DNA of 64,000 nt, from NCBI GenBank assembly GCA_964507525.1, contig CAZDQB010000005.1, positions 45,058-109,057 on the forward strand, read 5' to 3'. Below the pieces are notes generated by a model. It ran no database searches. It had not been told where the DNA came from and was given only the letters and a program-made list of their open reading frames with translations. This document shows, in pieces, positions 8,541 to 17,513 of the stretch. This DNA comes from an uncultured Sediminibacterium sp. (GTDB taxonomy: Bacteria > Bacteroidota > Bacteroidia > Chitinophagales > Chitinophagaceae). The position numbers were made by a program, and so were the translations under genes. How positions within the stretch are numbered: the first letter of the stretch is position 1; each line of letters begins with the position of its first letter.

Positions 8541-10865
8541 ATGATTAAAACAAGCTACTTACTTCTCCCGCTTTTGTTGAGTAACATTTTTTGGGGTTTT
8601 GCTCAAAAAAGCAATTTGGCGGAACTGCCGAAACCTTGTTACAACCTTGTATTACAAGCGCCAGTCAAAACATGGGATGAAGCAGTGCCGTTAGGCAATG
8701 GCCTAATGGGAGGGCTTTTGTGGGGCGAAAATAACACCATTCGCTTATCGTTGGATAGGGGTGATTTGTGGGATGAGCGAACTACCGGAGGAGAAGAATG
8801 GTGGAAAGAACGTACCTATCAGAAAGCAGTGGATTTAATTACGCAAAAGAAATATGATTTGGTGCAGAATTGGTGGGATGGCCCTTACAACGGAGTAACA
8901 CCAACTAAACTGCCTGCAGGTCGTATAGAAATTAAACTACCTGTTTCCGAAATTGTTAAACGTTTTGAACTAAACCTATCTGCCGCCGAAGGTATTGCAC
9001 ATTTCAATTCAAATGCGCTAATTAAAGTTATGTATAGTGCCACCCAACCAATTGTTTTACTATCCATAAAAGGAACTATCCCCGACTCAATTAACCTGTT
9101 AAGCACCATGGATGTGTATCGCCTGAAAAATGTGAATGAATCTGGGTTGAGCAGTGGCGGATCAATAAATAATTTGGGATATCCGGAAGCCGGAAAAGGA
9201 AAGTCAGGTAAAGCACAATGGTATATTCAGCAGGCTTCCGGTGGACTGAAGTACTGTGTGTATATTCAATCACAGCAAATAAATAATGAAACACTGTTAG
9301 CTATAACCATCACATCAACAAATGATGCAACTGATTTCTTGTCGTTAGCAAGTCAGCGATGTATCACTGCCTTACAAAATGGATATGCGGTTATACGGAA
9401 AACACATGCTCAATGGTGGAAAAATTTCTGGCAACAATCAAGTGTTAGTATTCCTGATACTGCCGTACAAAAGCAATATAATCTGGTGCAATATTTTTAC
9501 GGTGCAGCATCCCGTTCCGATGCACCTCCCATGCCCTTACAAGGTGTATGGACAGCCGATAACGGTACTTTACCTCCATGGAAAGGGGATTATCACAACG
9601 ACCTCAACACGCAAATGACTTACATCGCTTATCAGGAAGCAGGAAGATTTGACGAGGGTGCTTCGTACCTCAATTATTTATGGGACAGGCGGAAGGTTTT
9701 TAGCGGGTTTGCTAAAGATTTTTATGGAACCGGGGGACTGGCATGCCCCGGTGTAATGTCTTATTCAAGCCAGCCGTTGGGGGGATGGGGTCAATATAGT
9801 CTGTCGCCCACCATGAGTGCCTGGAGCGCTCATCTTTTTTATATGCATTGGTTATATACGGCAGATGAAAAATTTCTAATAGAAAAAGCTTATCCCTGGT
9901 GTTCCGGGGTAGGCGAGTGTATGTTGGGATTGTTGAAACCCGATGAAAAAAGTGTTTTGAAATTGCCTCTTTCATCTTCACCGGAAATTTTTGATAATAG
10001 CCCCAAAGCATGGCTTAAACCAAACAGCAACTACGATTTGATGTGCTTAAAAATGTTATTTCTTTCTTTAAATGAAATGGCGATTGCGTGCAGCAAGGGT
10101 GCAGCAGCAAAAAAATGGTCGGAGGCGGCATCAGCTTTGGGCAATTTTCATACAAGAACCGATGGTACATTGTTGGTAGATGCGGTTACCGAACTTCCAC
10201 ACAGTCACAGACATTTGTCCAATATCATAGGGTTGTATCCATTCAACCTCATTACGGCTGAGGGGGGAGAAAAAGATACATTAATCATAAACGCGAGCCT
10301 GAAAAAATGGGATAGTCTGGGTACCAGTCAATGGTGCGGTTATACTTTCTCATGGATGAGTTGTTTACAGGCAAGGGTTGGTAATGCCGAAGCTGCTGTT
10401 AAAAACTTGGACATTTTTACAAAAGCCTTCCTATTGCGCAATGGGTTTCATGCTAACGGTGATCAAACCAAAAGTGGCTATTCTGGTATGACCTATCGAC
10501 CGTTTACTTTAGAAGGTAATTTTTTAGCTTCGCAAGCAGTCCAAGAAATGTTGCTGCAAAGTTGGAGCCCTACACCGGGAAAAATTAACACCGGAATAAT
10601 TCGTTTTTTCCCTGCTACCCCAAAAAAGTGGGCGAATGTTTCTTTCAATAATTTAAGAGCCGAAGGCGGATACAAGGTTTCAGCCATTCGAAAAAATAAC
10701 AAAACTGTTCGGTTCAGCATCTCGGCTGGTAAAGCAGGAATTGTACGGATAAGAGATGACTTTAATGGACAAAAGCCAAAATGGAACTATCCCAATGTAC
10801 ATAAGAAGGGAAATATTTATGAAGTCAATTTGGCTAAGGGTCAACAGTTGGAAGCTATATTTTAA
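8541..10865 (+). CDS. GH95-like (alpha-L-fucosidase/galactosidase family) six-hairpin glycosidase, secreted
   Basis: The extended ORF starts at a TTG at 8409. The ATG at 8541 gives signal peptide MIKTSYLLLPLLLSNIFWGFAQ. The N-terminal block PLGNGLMGGLLWG...IRLSLDRGDLWDE and the C-terminal block FTLEGNFLASQAVQEMLLQSW...FFPATPKKW...LRAEGGYKV match the GH95 pattern (LGNG..G, QIDGNFG..EMLLQS, LPALP..W, ARGGF.V). Confidence 0.7.
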   Translation: MIKTSYLLLPLLLSNIFWGFAQKSNLAELPKPCYNLVLQAPVKTWDEAVPLGNGLMGGLLWGENNTIRLSLDRGDLWDERTTGGEEWWKERTYQKAVDLITQKKYDLVQNWWDGPYNGVTPTKLPAGRIEIKLPVSEIVKRFELNLSAAEGIAHFNSNALIKVMYSATQPIVLLSIKGTIPDSINLLSTMDVYRLKNVNESGLSSGGSINNLGYPEAGKGKSGKAQWYIQQASGGLKYCVYIQSQQINNETLLAITITSTNDATDFLSLASQRCITALQNGYAVIRKTHAQWWKNFWQQSSVSIPDTAVQKQYNLVQYFYGAASRSDAPPMPLQGVWTADNGTLPPWKGDYHNDLNTQMTYIAYQEAGRFDEGASYLNYLWDRRKVFSGFAKDFYGTGGLACPGVMSYSSQPLGGWGQYSLSPTMSAWSAHLFYMHWLYTADEKFLIEKAYPWCSGVGECMLGLLKPDEKSVLKLPLSSSPEIFDNSPKAWLKPNSNYDLMCLKMLFLSLNEMAIACSKGAAAKKWSEAASALGNFHTRTDGTLLVDAVTELPHSHRHLSNIIGLYPFNLITAEGGEKDTLIINASLKKWDSLGTSQWCGYTFSWMSCLQARVGNAEAAVKNLDIFTKAFLLRNGFHANGDQTKSGYSGMTYRPFTLEGNFLASQAVQEMLLQSWSPTPGKINTGIIRFFPATPKKWANVSFNNLRAEGGYKVSAIRKNNKTVRFSISAGKAGIVRIRDDFNGQKPKWNYPNVHKKGNIYEVNLAKGQQLEAIF

Positions 10866-11012
10866 TCAGTACCATTAGATTCATTACACAAAGGTTAAAA
10901 TTGTCATTCGGATGTATTCTTTAGATATAAAAGTCATGTCGATTTGCCTGCTTAAGTCAAGGCGACAAACTTTAAAGCAACTGCAGTCTTTTATTAAATT
11001 CAGAGCAATTGA

Positions 11013-11490
11013 GCAGTGCCAAAGCAAATAATAATATTTCCCTTCCTAAAAGTTAAAGGGTATCCAGAATCACCATCGTAAACAACTCTCTGTGGTTGGG
11101 TACTTATTCCTCCAATATCATCAAACGAACTGACTGCAGCAGGAAACCACCCTGGTTTTATAACCAGATCTGCCTCCTGCGGGACATCATCTAATATATA
11201 ATATATTGATAGTAAGCAGGGTACTTGATCTTTCCATGAAATAAGGTCGTCAAAAATGCAGGCTGATTAAGGCGAAGGTTAAAAGAGAGAGAGAAAAAAT
11301 TGCTAATTGTAAATTTTTCTATTAGATTTGAGACATGTTAGTATGTTTATACATACTAACATATAAGATTTGTTCTAAAAAAACATATCCGTGCATTTTT
11401 TAATTAGGGTGTCCGTTTTTTCTTGATAGATACATGATGGCGCTTTCCATCTTGCTGGCTAAGCGGTGAGATGGATTTTAAAAGGATGGC
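11013..11490. repeat. Copy 2 of the diverged ~470-bp repeat module (partner 963-1431)
   Basis: See the feature at 963-1431. Here the embedded minus-strand ORF is broken: MERSSTLLTINILYIR*, then a frameshift. Confidence 0.8.
11335..11362. promoter_or_regulatory. 28-bp palindrome ATGTTAGTATGT-TTAT-ACATACTAACAT containing the TATGTTTATACATA core
   Basis: Perfect 12-bp arms checked base by base. Lies about 330 bp upstream of the SusC start at 11695. Confidence 0.4.
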
Positions 11491-11694
11491 TTCTTTTATT
11501 TCACAGTAAATGAGGATACACTATGTCATGCTAATTGAATAGAACGATGAAAACAACAATGCTAACATATGGAGAAAATAAACAGCCCTTAGTAAAATGA
11601 CTAATCGTTACAATAAAGGTTGCCCATTGCAGGGTCTATAACACCAAATTATAGAACCAAAGGTTAATATTTATCAACAATTAATTGCTTACTT

Positions 11695-14600
11695 ATGAAA
11701 TGTAAACTACTAACGGGCATTTGGTATCCTACTAAATGCGCTCTTTGGGGGTTTGTTCTGCCATGTTTTTTTTCTTCTACAGTATGGGCAAATAATAAAA
11801 AGCCCTCAATAAACAATGAAGGAGAATCCCTTGTTCTTACTGAATTTGAAACTTACAATTTCCAAGACATAGTTATTACCGGAAAAGTGACAAACGAAAA
11901 TGGGGTCGTGATTCCTGGGGCTAATGTTCAGGAGAAAGGCACTAAGAAAGGTGCTGTTTCAGATCATAATGGAAATTTTGCATTAAAAGTCAAAGACAAA
12001 AATAGTATACTGGTAATTTCTTATGTCGGCTATTCGAGCCAGGAAATACGAGTAGGTACTGCGTCAAGCATTAACATAAAATTGGAATCCATTTCAAAAA
12101 GACTTGATGATGTAGTTGTAGTAGGGTATGGTACTCAGAAAAAATCGGAACTTACTAATGCTGTTGTGCAAACAACAGGCGCAGAAATCAAAAAATCCAA
12201 CGCTGTGTCACTGTCTAATTCCTTATCGGGCAGATTGGCGGGATTATATGTAAATCAAAGAAGTGCTGTTCCAGGATTTGATGATGCGGAAATTTTGGTA
12301 AGAGGATATAATACTTACCGAAACAGTGCTGCATTAATAGTTATTGATGGGGTGGCAAATGCAGATCCTGATGGGTTCAACCGGTTGGACCCAAATGATA
12401 TAGAATCTATTTCTGTATTAAAAGATGCTTCTGCCGCTATTTATGGCGCACAGTCGGCAGGTGGTGTTATATTAGTAACCACTAAACGGGGTAAAACAGG
12501 GAAACCATCTTTTGATTTTACAACTACGCAGGCATATCAATCCCCAACAATGAAAGTGAGATCTGCCAGCGCGCTAGAATATATGAAAGTTCTTAACGAT
12601 AGAAGAGCATTAGAAGGCACCCCTCCTGACTTTCCTGCAGCTTTTGTCCAAGCCTACACAGATGGAACAAGAAGAGCCGAAAATTGGTGGGACGCATTGG
12701 TTGGACCTCCAGCCAAGCAATCCAGGCAATCTCTTACAATGCGTGGGGGTACTGAAAAAATAAAATATTTTGCTTCAATTGGTACCGCCTCGCAAGGAGG
12801 AATTCTTCGCGGCGATGATAAAACAAAGCTTAAGCAATACAACGTTAGAAGTAATATAGACGTATCGGTAACGGATAATTTTGAAGTAGGACTCGACCTT
12901 TCATTGAGAGAGAAGTCCACTCAAACCCCTCAGGGTGGTCCCGGCGGAGAAATTGGATATCTTGCATTTACCAGTCCGTTGCAAGAAGCTTATATAGGTG
13001 GGGATTATCGTTACCCGGGTGAAGGTTGGTCGCAATTAAACCCAGCGGCAAGAATTCTAAGCCCCGGTTACCGTAAGTATCAAGCCGATGTTTATAGTGG
13101 TACTGTTAGGTTCAAATACAACATGCCTTTTGTAAAAGGGTTGTCTTTAGATGGTTTTGCCTCTATAGATAAAGTTATGAACTATAATAAAACATTTAAT
13201 TATACATGGTTTTATTATCAAAAAAACGCAGCAGGGGAGATTGTAAAGGTTCCATCCAGATCAGTAGAAGATATTGGATTGAGAGAGGATTTTTCTCAAA
13301 GCTTAAGAACCACTGAAAACCTGAAACTTTCTTACAATACTACTATAAATAAAGACCATAAAATTGCCGTGTTTGTTGCGTATGAGCAAATGGAATATAA
13401 CGATAATAATTTCTTTGCACAACGTCTTGGGTATGACTCTCCGTTAATCGATCAACTTTTTGCCGGTAGCACAGACCGTGCAAATTGGAGTAACAGTGGT
13501 AGTGCTAATGAATCTGCCAGGCAAAATTATTTTGGACGTGCATCCTATGCATTCAAAAATAAGTATCTTTTAGGATTAAGTGCCAGATATGATGGTTCGC
13601 CCATCTTCCCTAAAGCAACCCGATTTGGATTTTTCCCGCAGGCTTCTGCGGCATGGGTAATTAGCAAAGAATCCTTTATGCCCCCCAATTTATTTAGCGA
13701 CTTAAAAATAAGAGCTTCATGGGGACGCTTAGGCAACGACAGGGTAAATCCTTTCCAGTATATTGGTGCGTTTGGGTATGCTCCAGGTTGGGTTGTAAAC
13801 GGCGCCGATGCACGAGGTATTGCAGCTACATCAACGCCTAACCCTAATATTACCTGGGAAGTAAGTGAAAAAACAGATGTGGGTTTGGAAGCAGGTTTTT
13901 TACAGAATAGGTTAACCTTTGAGGTAGATGTTTATAAAAGTTTGACATCGCATATCCTAGGTCAAAGACAAGCATCAATTCCAGGATATACAGGATTGGT
14001 ACTTCCAGACGAAAACATCGGTAAAATGGAGAGTAAGGGAATTGAATTTCAAGCGGGATATAGACAGAATTTTGGGAAATTAAATCTTAGATTGAATGGG
14101 AATCTGTCCTATAATGAAAACAAAATTATTTTTTTCGATGAAACACCCCAGTCTGAACCCTATCAAAAATTGGAAGGAAACCCTATCGGGTCTGGTTTGG
14201 TATACAAAGCCATAGGTATTTATAGAACCGCAGCAGACTTAGCTAAATACCCAAGCTACCCAGGTGCAACAATTGGCTCATTGATTTTTGCAGATTTAAA
14301 CCATGATGGAAAGATCGATGGAAATGACAGGTATATGTTTAATGCCAGTGTGTTTCCTAAAATGCAATTCGGGTTAACCATTGGTTTAGATTACAAAAAC
14401 TTTGATTTGACCATGTTGTTACAAGGACAAAGCGGAGCTAAATGGCGAATAAACAATGGATTTAATTCTGGTGCAGCTGGTAACGGGCTTGAATATGTAG
14501 CTCAGAACAGTTATTCATTGGCCAATCCTAATTCAGTACTTCCAGAGATTGCACCAAATGGTGTAGCAGCTTCCAATAGCGACTTTTATTATCACGATGT

Positions 14601-14829
14601 AAAATGGTTTCGTTTCAAGTCGATTGAAATGGGGTACAATCTTCCAAAGAATGTAATTTCCAAAGTTAAAATTTCTGCATTAAGATTTTATTTGTCAGGC
14701 GATAACTTATTTATGTTGTTCAACAATCTTAAAAGATATGGTGCTGGTGATCCGGAATTTTTAAGTGGAAATGGAGGAACTTATCCCAATATGAAAACTT
14801 TAAATGTTGGACTTAATCTTACTTTCTAA
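11695..14829 (+). CDS. SusC/RagA-family TonB-dependent outer-membrane transporter
   Basis: 1044 aa. N-terminal carboxypeptidase-regulatory-like domain (ITGKVTNENGVVIPGANVQEKGT..GAVSDHNGNFALKV). Plug motifs VVVGYGTQKK and SISVLKDASAAIYGAQSAGGVILVTTKRG. C-terminal beta-barrel ending in LNLTF. No STN domain. Confidence 0.92.
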   Translation: MKCKLLTGIWYPTKCALWGFVLPCFFSSTVWANNKKPSINNEGESLVLTEFETYNFQDIVITGKVTNENGVVIPGANVQEKGTKKGAVSDHNGNFALKVKDKNSILVISYVGYSSQEIRVGTASSINIKLESISKRLDDVVVVGYGTQKKSELTNAVVQTTGAEIKKSNAVSLSNSLSGRLAGLYVNQRSAVPGFDDAEILVRGYNTYRNSAALIVIDGVANADPDGFNRLDPNDIESISVLKDASAAIYGAQSAGGVILVTTKRGKTGKPSFDFTTTQAYQSPTMKVRSASALEYMKVLNDRRALEGTPPDFPAAFVQAYTDGTRRAENWWDALVGPPAKQSRQSLTMRGGTEKIKYFASIGTASQGGILRGDDKTKLKQYNVRSNIDVSVTDNFEVGLDLSLREKSTQTPQGGPGGEIGYLAFTSPLQEAYIGGDYRYPGEGWSQLNPAARILSPGYRKYQADVYSGTVRFKYNMPFVKGLSLDGFASIDKVMNYNKTFNYTWFYYQKNAAGEIVKVPSRSVEDIGLREDFSQSLRTTENLKLSYNTTINKDHKIAVFVAYEQMEYNDNNFFAQRLGYDSPLIDQLFAGSTDRANWSNSGSANESARQNYFGRASYAFKNKYLLGLSARYDGSPIFPKATRFGFFPQASAAWVISKESFMPPNLFSDLKIRASWGRLGNDRVNPFQYIGAFGYAPGWVVNGADARGIAATSTPNPNITWEVSEKTDVGLEAGFLQNRLTFEVDVYKSLTSHILGQRQASIPGYTGLVLPDENIGKMESKGIEFQAGYRQNFGKLNLRLNGNLSYNENKIIFFDETPQSEPYQKLEGNPIGSGLVYKAIGIYRTAADLAKYPSYPGATIGSLIFADLNHDGKIDGNDRYMFNASVFPKMQFGLTIGLDYKNFDLTMLLQGQSGAKWRINNGFNSGAAGNGLEYVAQNSYSLANPNSVLPEIAPNGVAASNSDFYYHDVKWFRFKSIEMGYNLPKNVISKVKISALRFYLSGDNLFMLFNNLKRYGAGDPEFLSGNGGTYPNMKTLNVGLNLTF

Positions 14830-14840
14830 ATAAAAAAAAT

Positions 14841-16685
14841 ATGAAATATTTAATATTTAGTAATAAAATGGCTAAAAATACTTTTATAGTATTGCTAATA
14901 GGCTTTATTGCAACTGTCATTTCGTGTAATAAAAATACATTGGATAAAAAGCCATTGGGTGCAATATCTGAAGATGCCGTTTTTAACGACCCTGTATTTC
15001 TTCAAAACTATGTGTATAATGTATATAATGGTATAAAACCGCCCTGGAGCCCGGGAACCGGAGGGTATGAAACAATGACTGATGTTGCAGTTGATCAACC
15101 CGAAACGCATGACAGGGCTGCGGGTATTCGCGAATATTTGCAGGGGCTTCTTTCCCCGGATAATGTCACAGATCTTACTAATATTTGGAACGAAGAATAT
15201 AACTACATCAGAAAAGCTAACATTTTCTTTGAAAAAACTGTAGGTTCTACGATTAGCCCTGATAAGCTTAATCCGATGAAAGGAGAAGTACACTGCTTAC
15301 GGGCATGGATGTACTTTGAATTGATGCGTACTTATGGCGGAGTACCAATAATTAAAAACAGTTTCAATTTAAATGATCAAAGCTTTGATAAGCCTAGAAA
15401 CACTTATGATGCGTGTGCAACATTTGTATTAAGTGAATGCGATAGTTCTATTAATTTATTAAATGGGATTAAAGCTGCTCCGGGAAAAATCAGTAAGGAA
15501 GCGGCTATGGCTTTAAAAGCCAGAGTATTGTTGTATATGGCAAGTCCGTTGAACAACCCTTCAAACGATATATCAAAATGGCAAGCCGCTGCAGTCGCTA
15601 CCAAGGCTGTAATTGATGCCGGGTTTACCTTACATTCTACACTGGAAGACCTGTTTATAAAACCATTAAAAAAAGATGAAATCATTTTGGGTAAATCTTT
15701 TACACCCGGAACCAGAATACCAGATTGGGGTTATAATTACGATTATTGGCCTAGCGGTTTTGATGCCAGACAACGGATTGAGCCAACTCAGACATTGGTT
15801 AATATGTTTCAACTGACAAACGGACAATATCCCTATCTGGATGATGGTATAACCGTAAATCCTGCCTCAGGGTATGACCCGCAACAACCTAATATAAATA
15901 GAGATCCACGTTATTACGTTGATATTATTTATCCTGGCTGCAGCCCGGTAACCGTAAATGATGGTGCAAAGAGTACTAAAAGGACTTATGAATATTGGGA
16001 AGCTGCAAACCCTAACCCTAATAATGCACCTCCTTACAAAAACCCTAATAAGGTAGATCCTATTAACGGACAGCAGCTTTTTGATTTTGGCAGAGATTCT
16101 AAAACATACTGGGTAAAGGGGCTAACACCATTTCACTGGAGAGTTCAAACTGGATATACTTTTAAAAAACTAACAGATTTTAATGGACCACGTGCCAGTT
16201 TTGATTATGACTACGCTCAAGTAATTGTTTACATGAGATTGGCAGAATTTTATTTAAATTATGCCGAAATACAGATAGCGTTAGGTAACGAGGCTTTGGC
16301 ACGCGAGTATATTAATAAAATCAGAAGCAGAGCATCGGTTAATATGCCGGGTATAACCAGTTCCGGTACTGATCTGGTTCGAGATTATAGAAACGAAAGA
16401 GCTATAGAACTGCTCTTAGAAGATTCACGTTTCTTTGACCTAATGCGTTGGAAAGCAGCACCTGGGCATGTAGACATTGCAATCCGGGGTCTAAGCAGGG
16501 TAACTATGGACTGGACAGGTGCTCAACCCGGAGATTTAGTAGGTAAATTGGCTTATACGTATGATGTAATTCCTGAAGCCGAAGTAAGAACACCATGGAA
16601 AGGAGATTATTATTACTTATTCCCTATTCCAAACACTGAAATCAAAAAAAGTAATAATGCTTTGAAGCAAAATCCGGGTTACTAA
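14841..16685 (+). CDS. SusD/RagB-family nutrient-binding lipoprotein
   Basis: Starts 12 nt after SusC. Lipobox IATVISCNK. Typical SusD blocks LRAWMYFELMRTYGGVPII, RVLLYMASP, ERAIELLLEDSRFFDLMRW. Confidence 0.9.
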   Translation: MKYLIFSNKMAKNTFIVLLIGFIATVISCNKNTLDKKPLGAISEDAVFNDPVFLQNYVYNVYNGIKPPWSPGTGGYETMTDVAVDQPETHDRAAGIREYLQGLLSPDNVTDLTNIWNEEYNYIRKANIFFEKTVGSTISPDKLNPMKGEVHCLRAWMYFELMRTYGGVPIIKNSFNLNDQSFDKPRNTYDACATFVLSECDSSINLLNGIKAAPGKISKEAAMALKARVLLYMASPLNNPSNDISKWQAAAVATKAVIDAGFTLHSTLEDLFIKPLKKDEIILGKSFTPGTRIPDWGYNYDYWPSGFDARQRIEPTQTLVNMFQLTNGQYPYLDDGITVNPASGYDPQQPNINRDPRYYVDIIYPGCSPVTVNDGAKSTKRTYEYWEAANPNPNNAPPYKNPNKVDPINGQQLFDFGRDSKTYWVKGLTPFHWRVQTGYTFKKLTDFNGPRASFDYDYAQVIVYMRLAEFYLNYAEIQIALGNEALAREYINKIRSRASVNMPGITSSGTDLVRDYRNERAIELLLEDSRFFDLMRWKAAPGHVDIAIRGLSRVTMDWTGAQPGDLVGKLAYTYDVIPEAEVRTPWKGDYYYLFPIPNTEIKKSNNALKQNPGY

Positions 16686-16689
16686 AGCT

Positions 16690-17105
16690 TTACCCTTTCC
16701 GATTCCAATGCCGGGAAATGTTTTTGCGCGGTACCGGGAGAAATGATGGATAATGCATGAAAATCATCAAAGAAAACGCAACAGCATCGAAAGAAAAGCG
16801 CTTTGCCTGGACCGTATCTGGATGGTCGCAGTATGCTCAAATATTGGGGCCTTTGCAAAACCCGGAACGCAGAGCAAGGATAGAAAAGCTATAAGAGGTG
16901 GTTTATTGTTGTACAGGGGCCCCCTTTTACCATGCATACGGAATCGCTTGATGATGAAGCTTACACATGGACTTGGTTATTCGTCAAAGATTGCCCGTAC
17001 ATACGGGCAATCTTTGACGAATAAAAGCCAAGATGATCGATGCGTCTTGCCACTGTTTCAATTTTGCCGGCAATACAGTTCCTGTCAGCAATCAGCCGGA
17101 ACCAT
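16690..17105 (+). pseudogene. 5'-truncated, frameshifted fragment of a GH38-like paralog (matches residues ~50-190 of the 19768 gene)
   Basis: Nucleotide similarity to 19915-20330. One frame gives KIIKENATASKEKRFAWTVSGWSQYAQILGPLQNPERRARIEK, against KVIEKNATLPQEKRFAWTVPGWPLYAQILGSLQKPERKVRIEK in the intact gene. After a frameshift it gives GLGYSSKIARTYGQSL against GLGYSSKIAHDYGRPL. Stops and indels are present. Confidence 0.8.
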
Positions 17106-17114
17106 GACATAATT

Positions 17115-17440
17115 ATTCAACGGACCTGACCCAGTGCTGGGGCATTGCCAGAAATACGCTTCGCCACGCCATTTATAAGCTGGTAAACGAAAAACTGATA
17201 GAGAGAAAAAAACGGACGGGAACAAGGGTTTCGAAAGAAAAATTACCACTACTTAAGTAATTGGATGCGTTTTACCCATGAGATGGAAGATATGGGATTA
17301 GCTTATCTTTTAAAAACCTGGTGATTAAAGCGCAGGAAAAGAAGGCAAGCCAACAACTGCCTGGTTCAACTATGTTATGAATAATTACTGACATACAAAT
17401 TATAAAGCAGACCAGGAAGGCGTTGTTCATTACAGATAAA
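17115..17440 (+). pseudogene. Decayed fragment of a GntR/HutC-family regulator (paralog of 27718-28449)
   Basis: Translation LTQCWGIARNTLRHAIYKLVNEKLIERKKRTGTRVSKEK aligns with LANRLGVSRSTIRQATNKLENEGLIVRKKGVGTKVAEKK. It is followed by a stop and frameshifts (NWMRFTHEMEDMGL against DHWYSFTQEMQEKGI). Confidence 0.7.
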
Positions 17441-17513
17441 AAAGCACCGAAGATAAAATATACTTAATCCTGGTACTTGATACTGATTTTTAGCCCTGAC
17501 AATTATTCAAAAA

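Noticed and set aside
16753-17112. 119-aa plus-strand ORF
   Set aside because: It is a chimeric reading across the frameshifted GH38 pseudogene. Only the GLGYSSKIARTYG part is in the ancestral frame.
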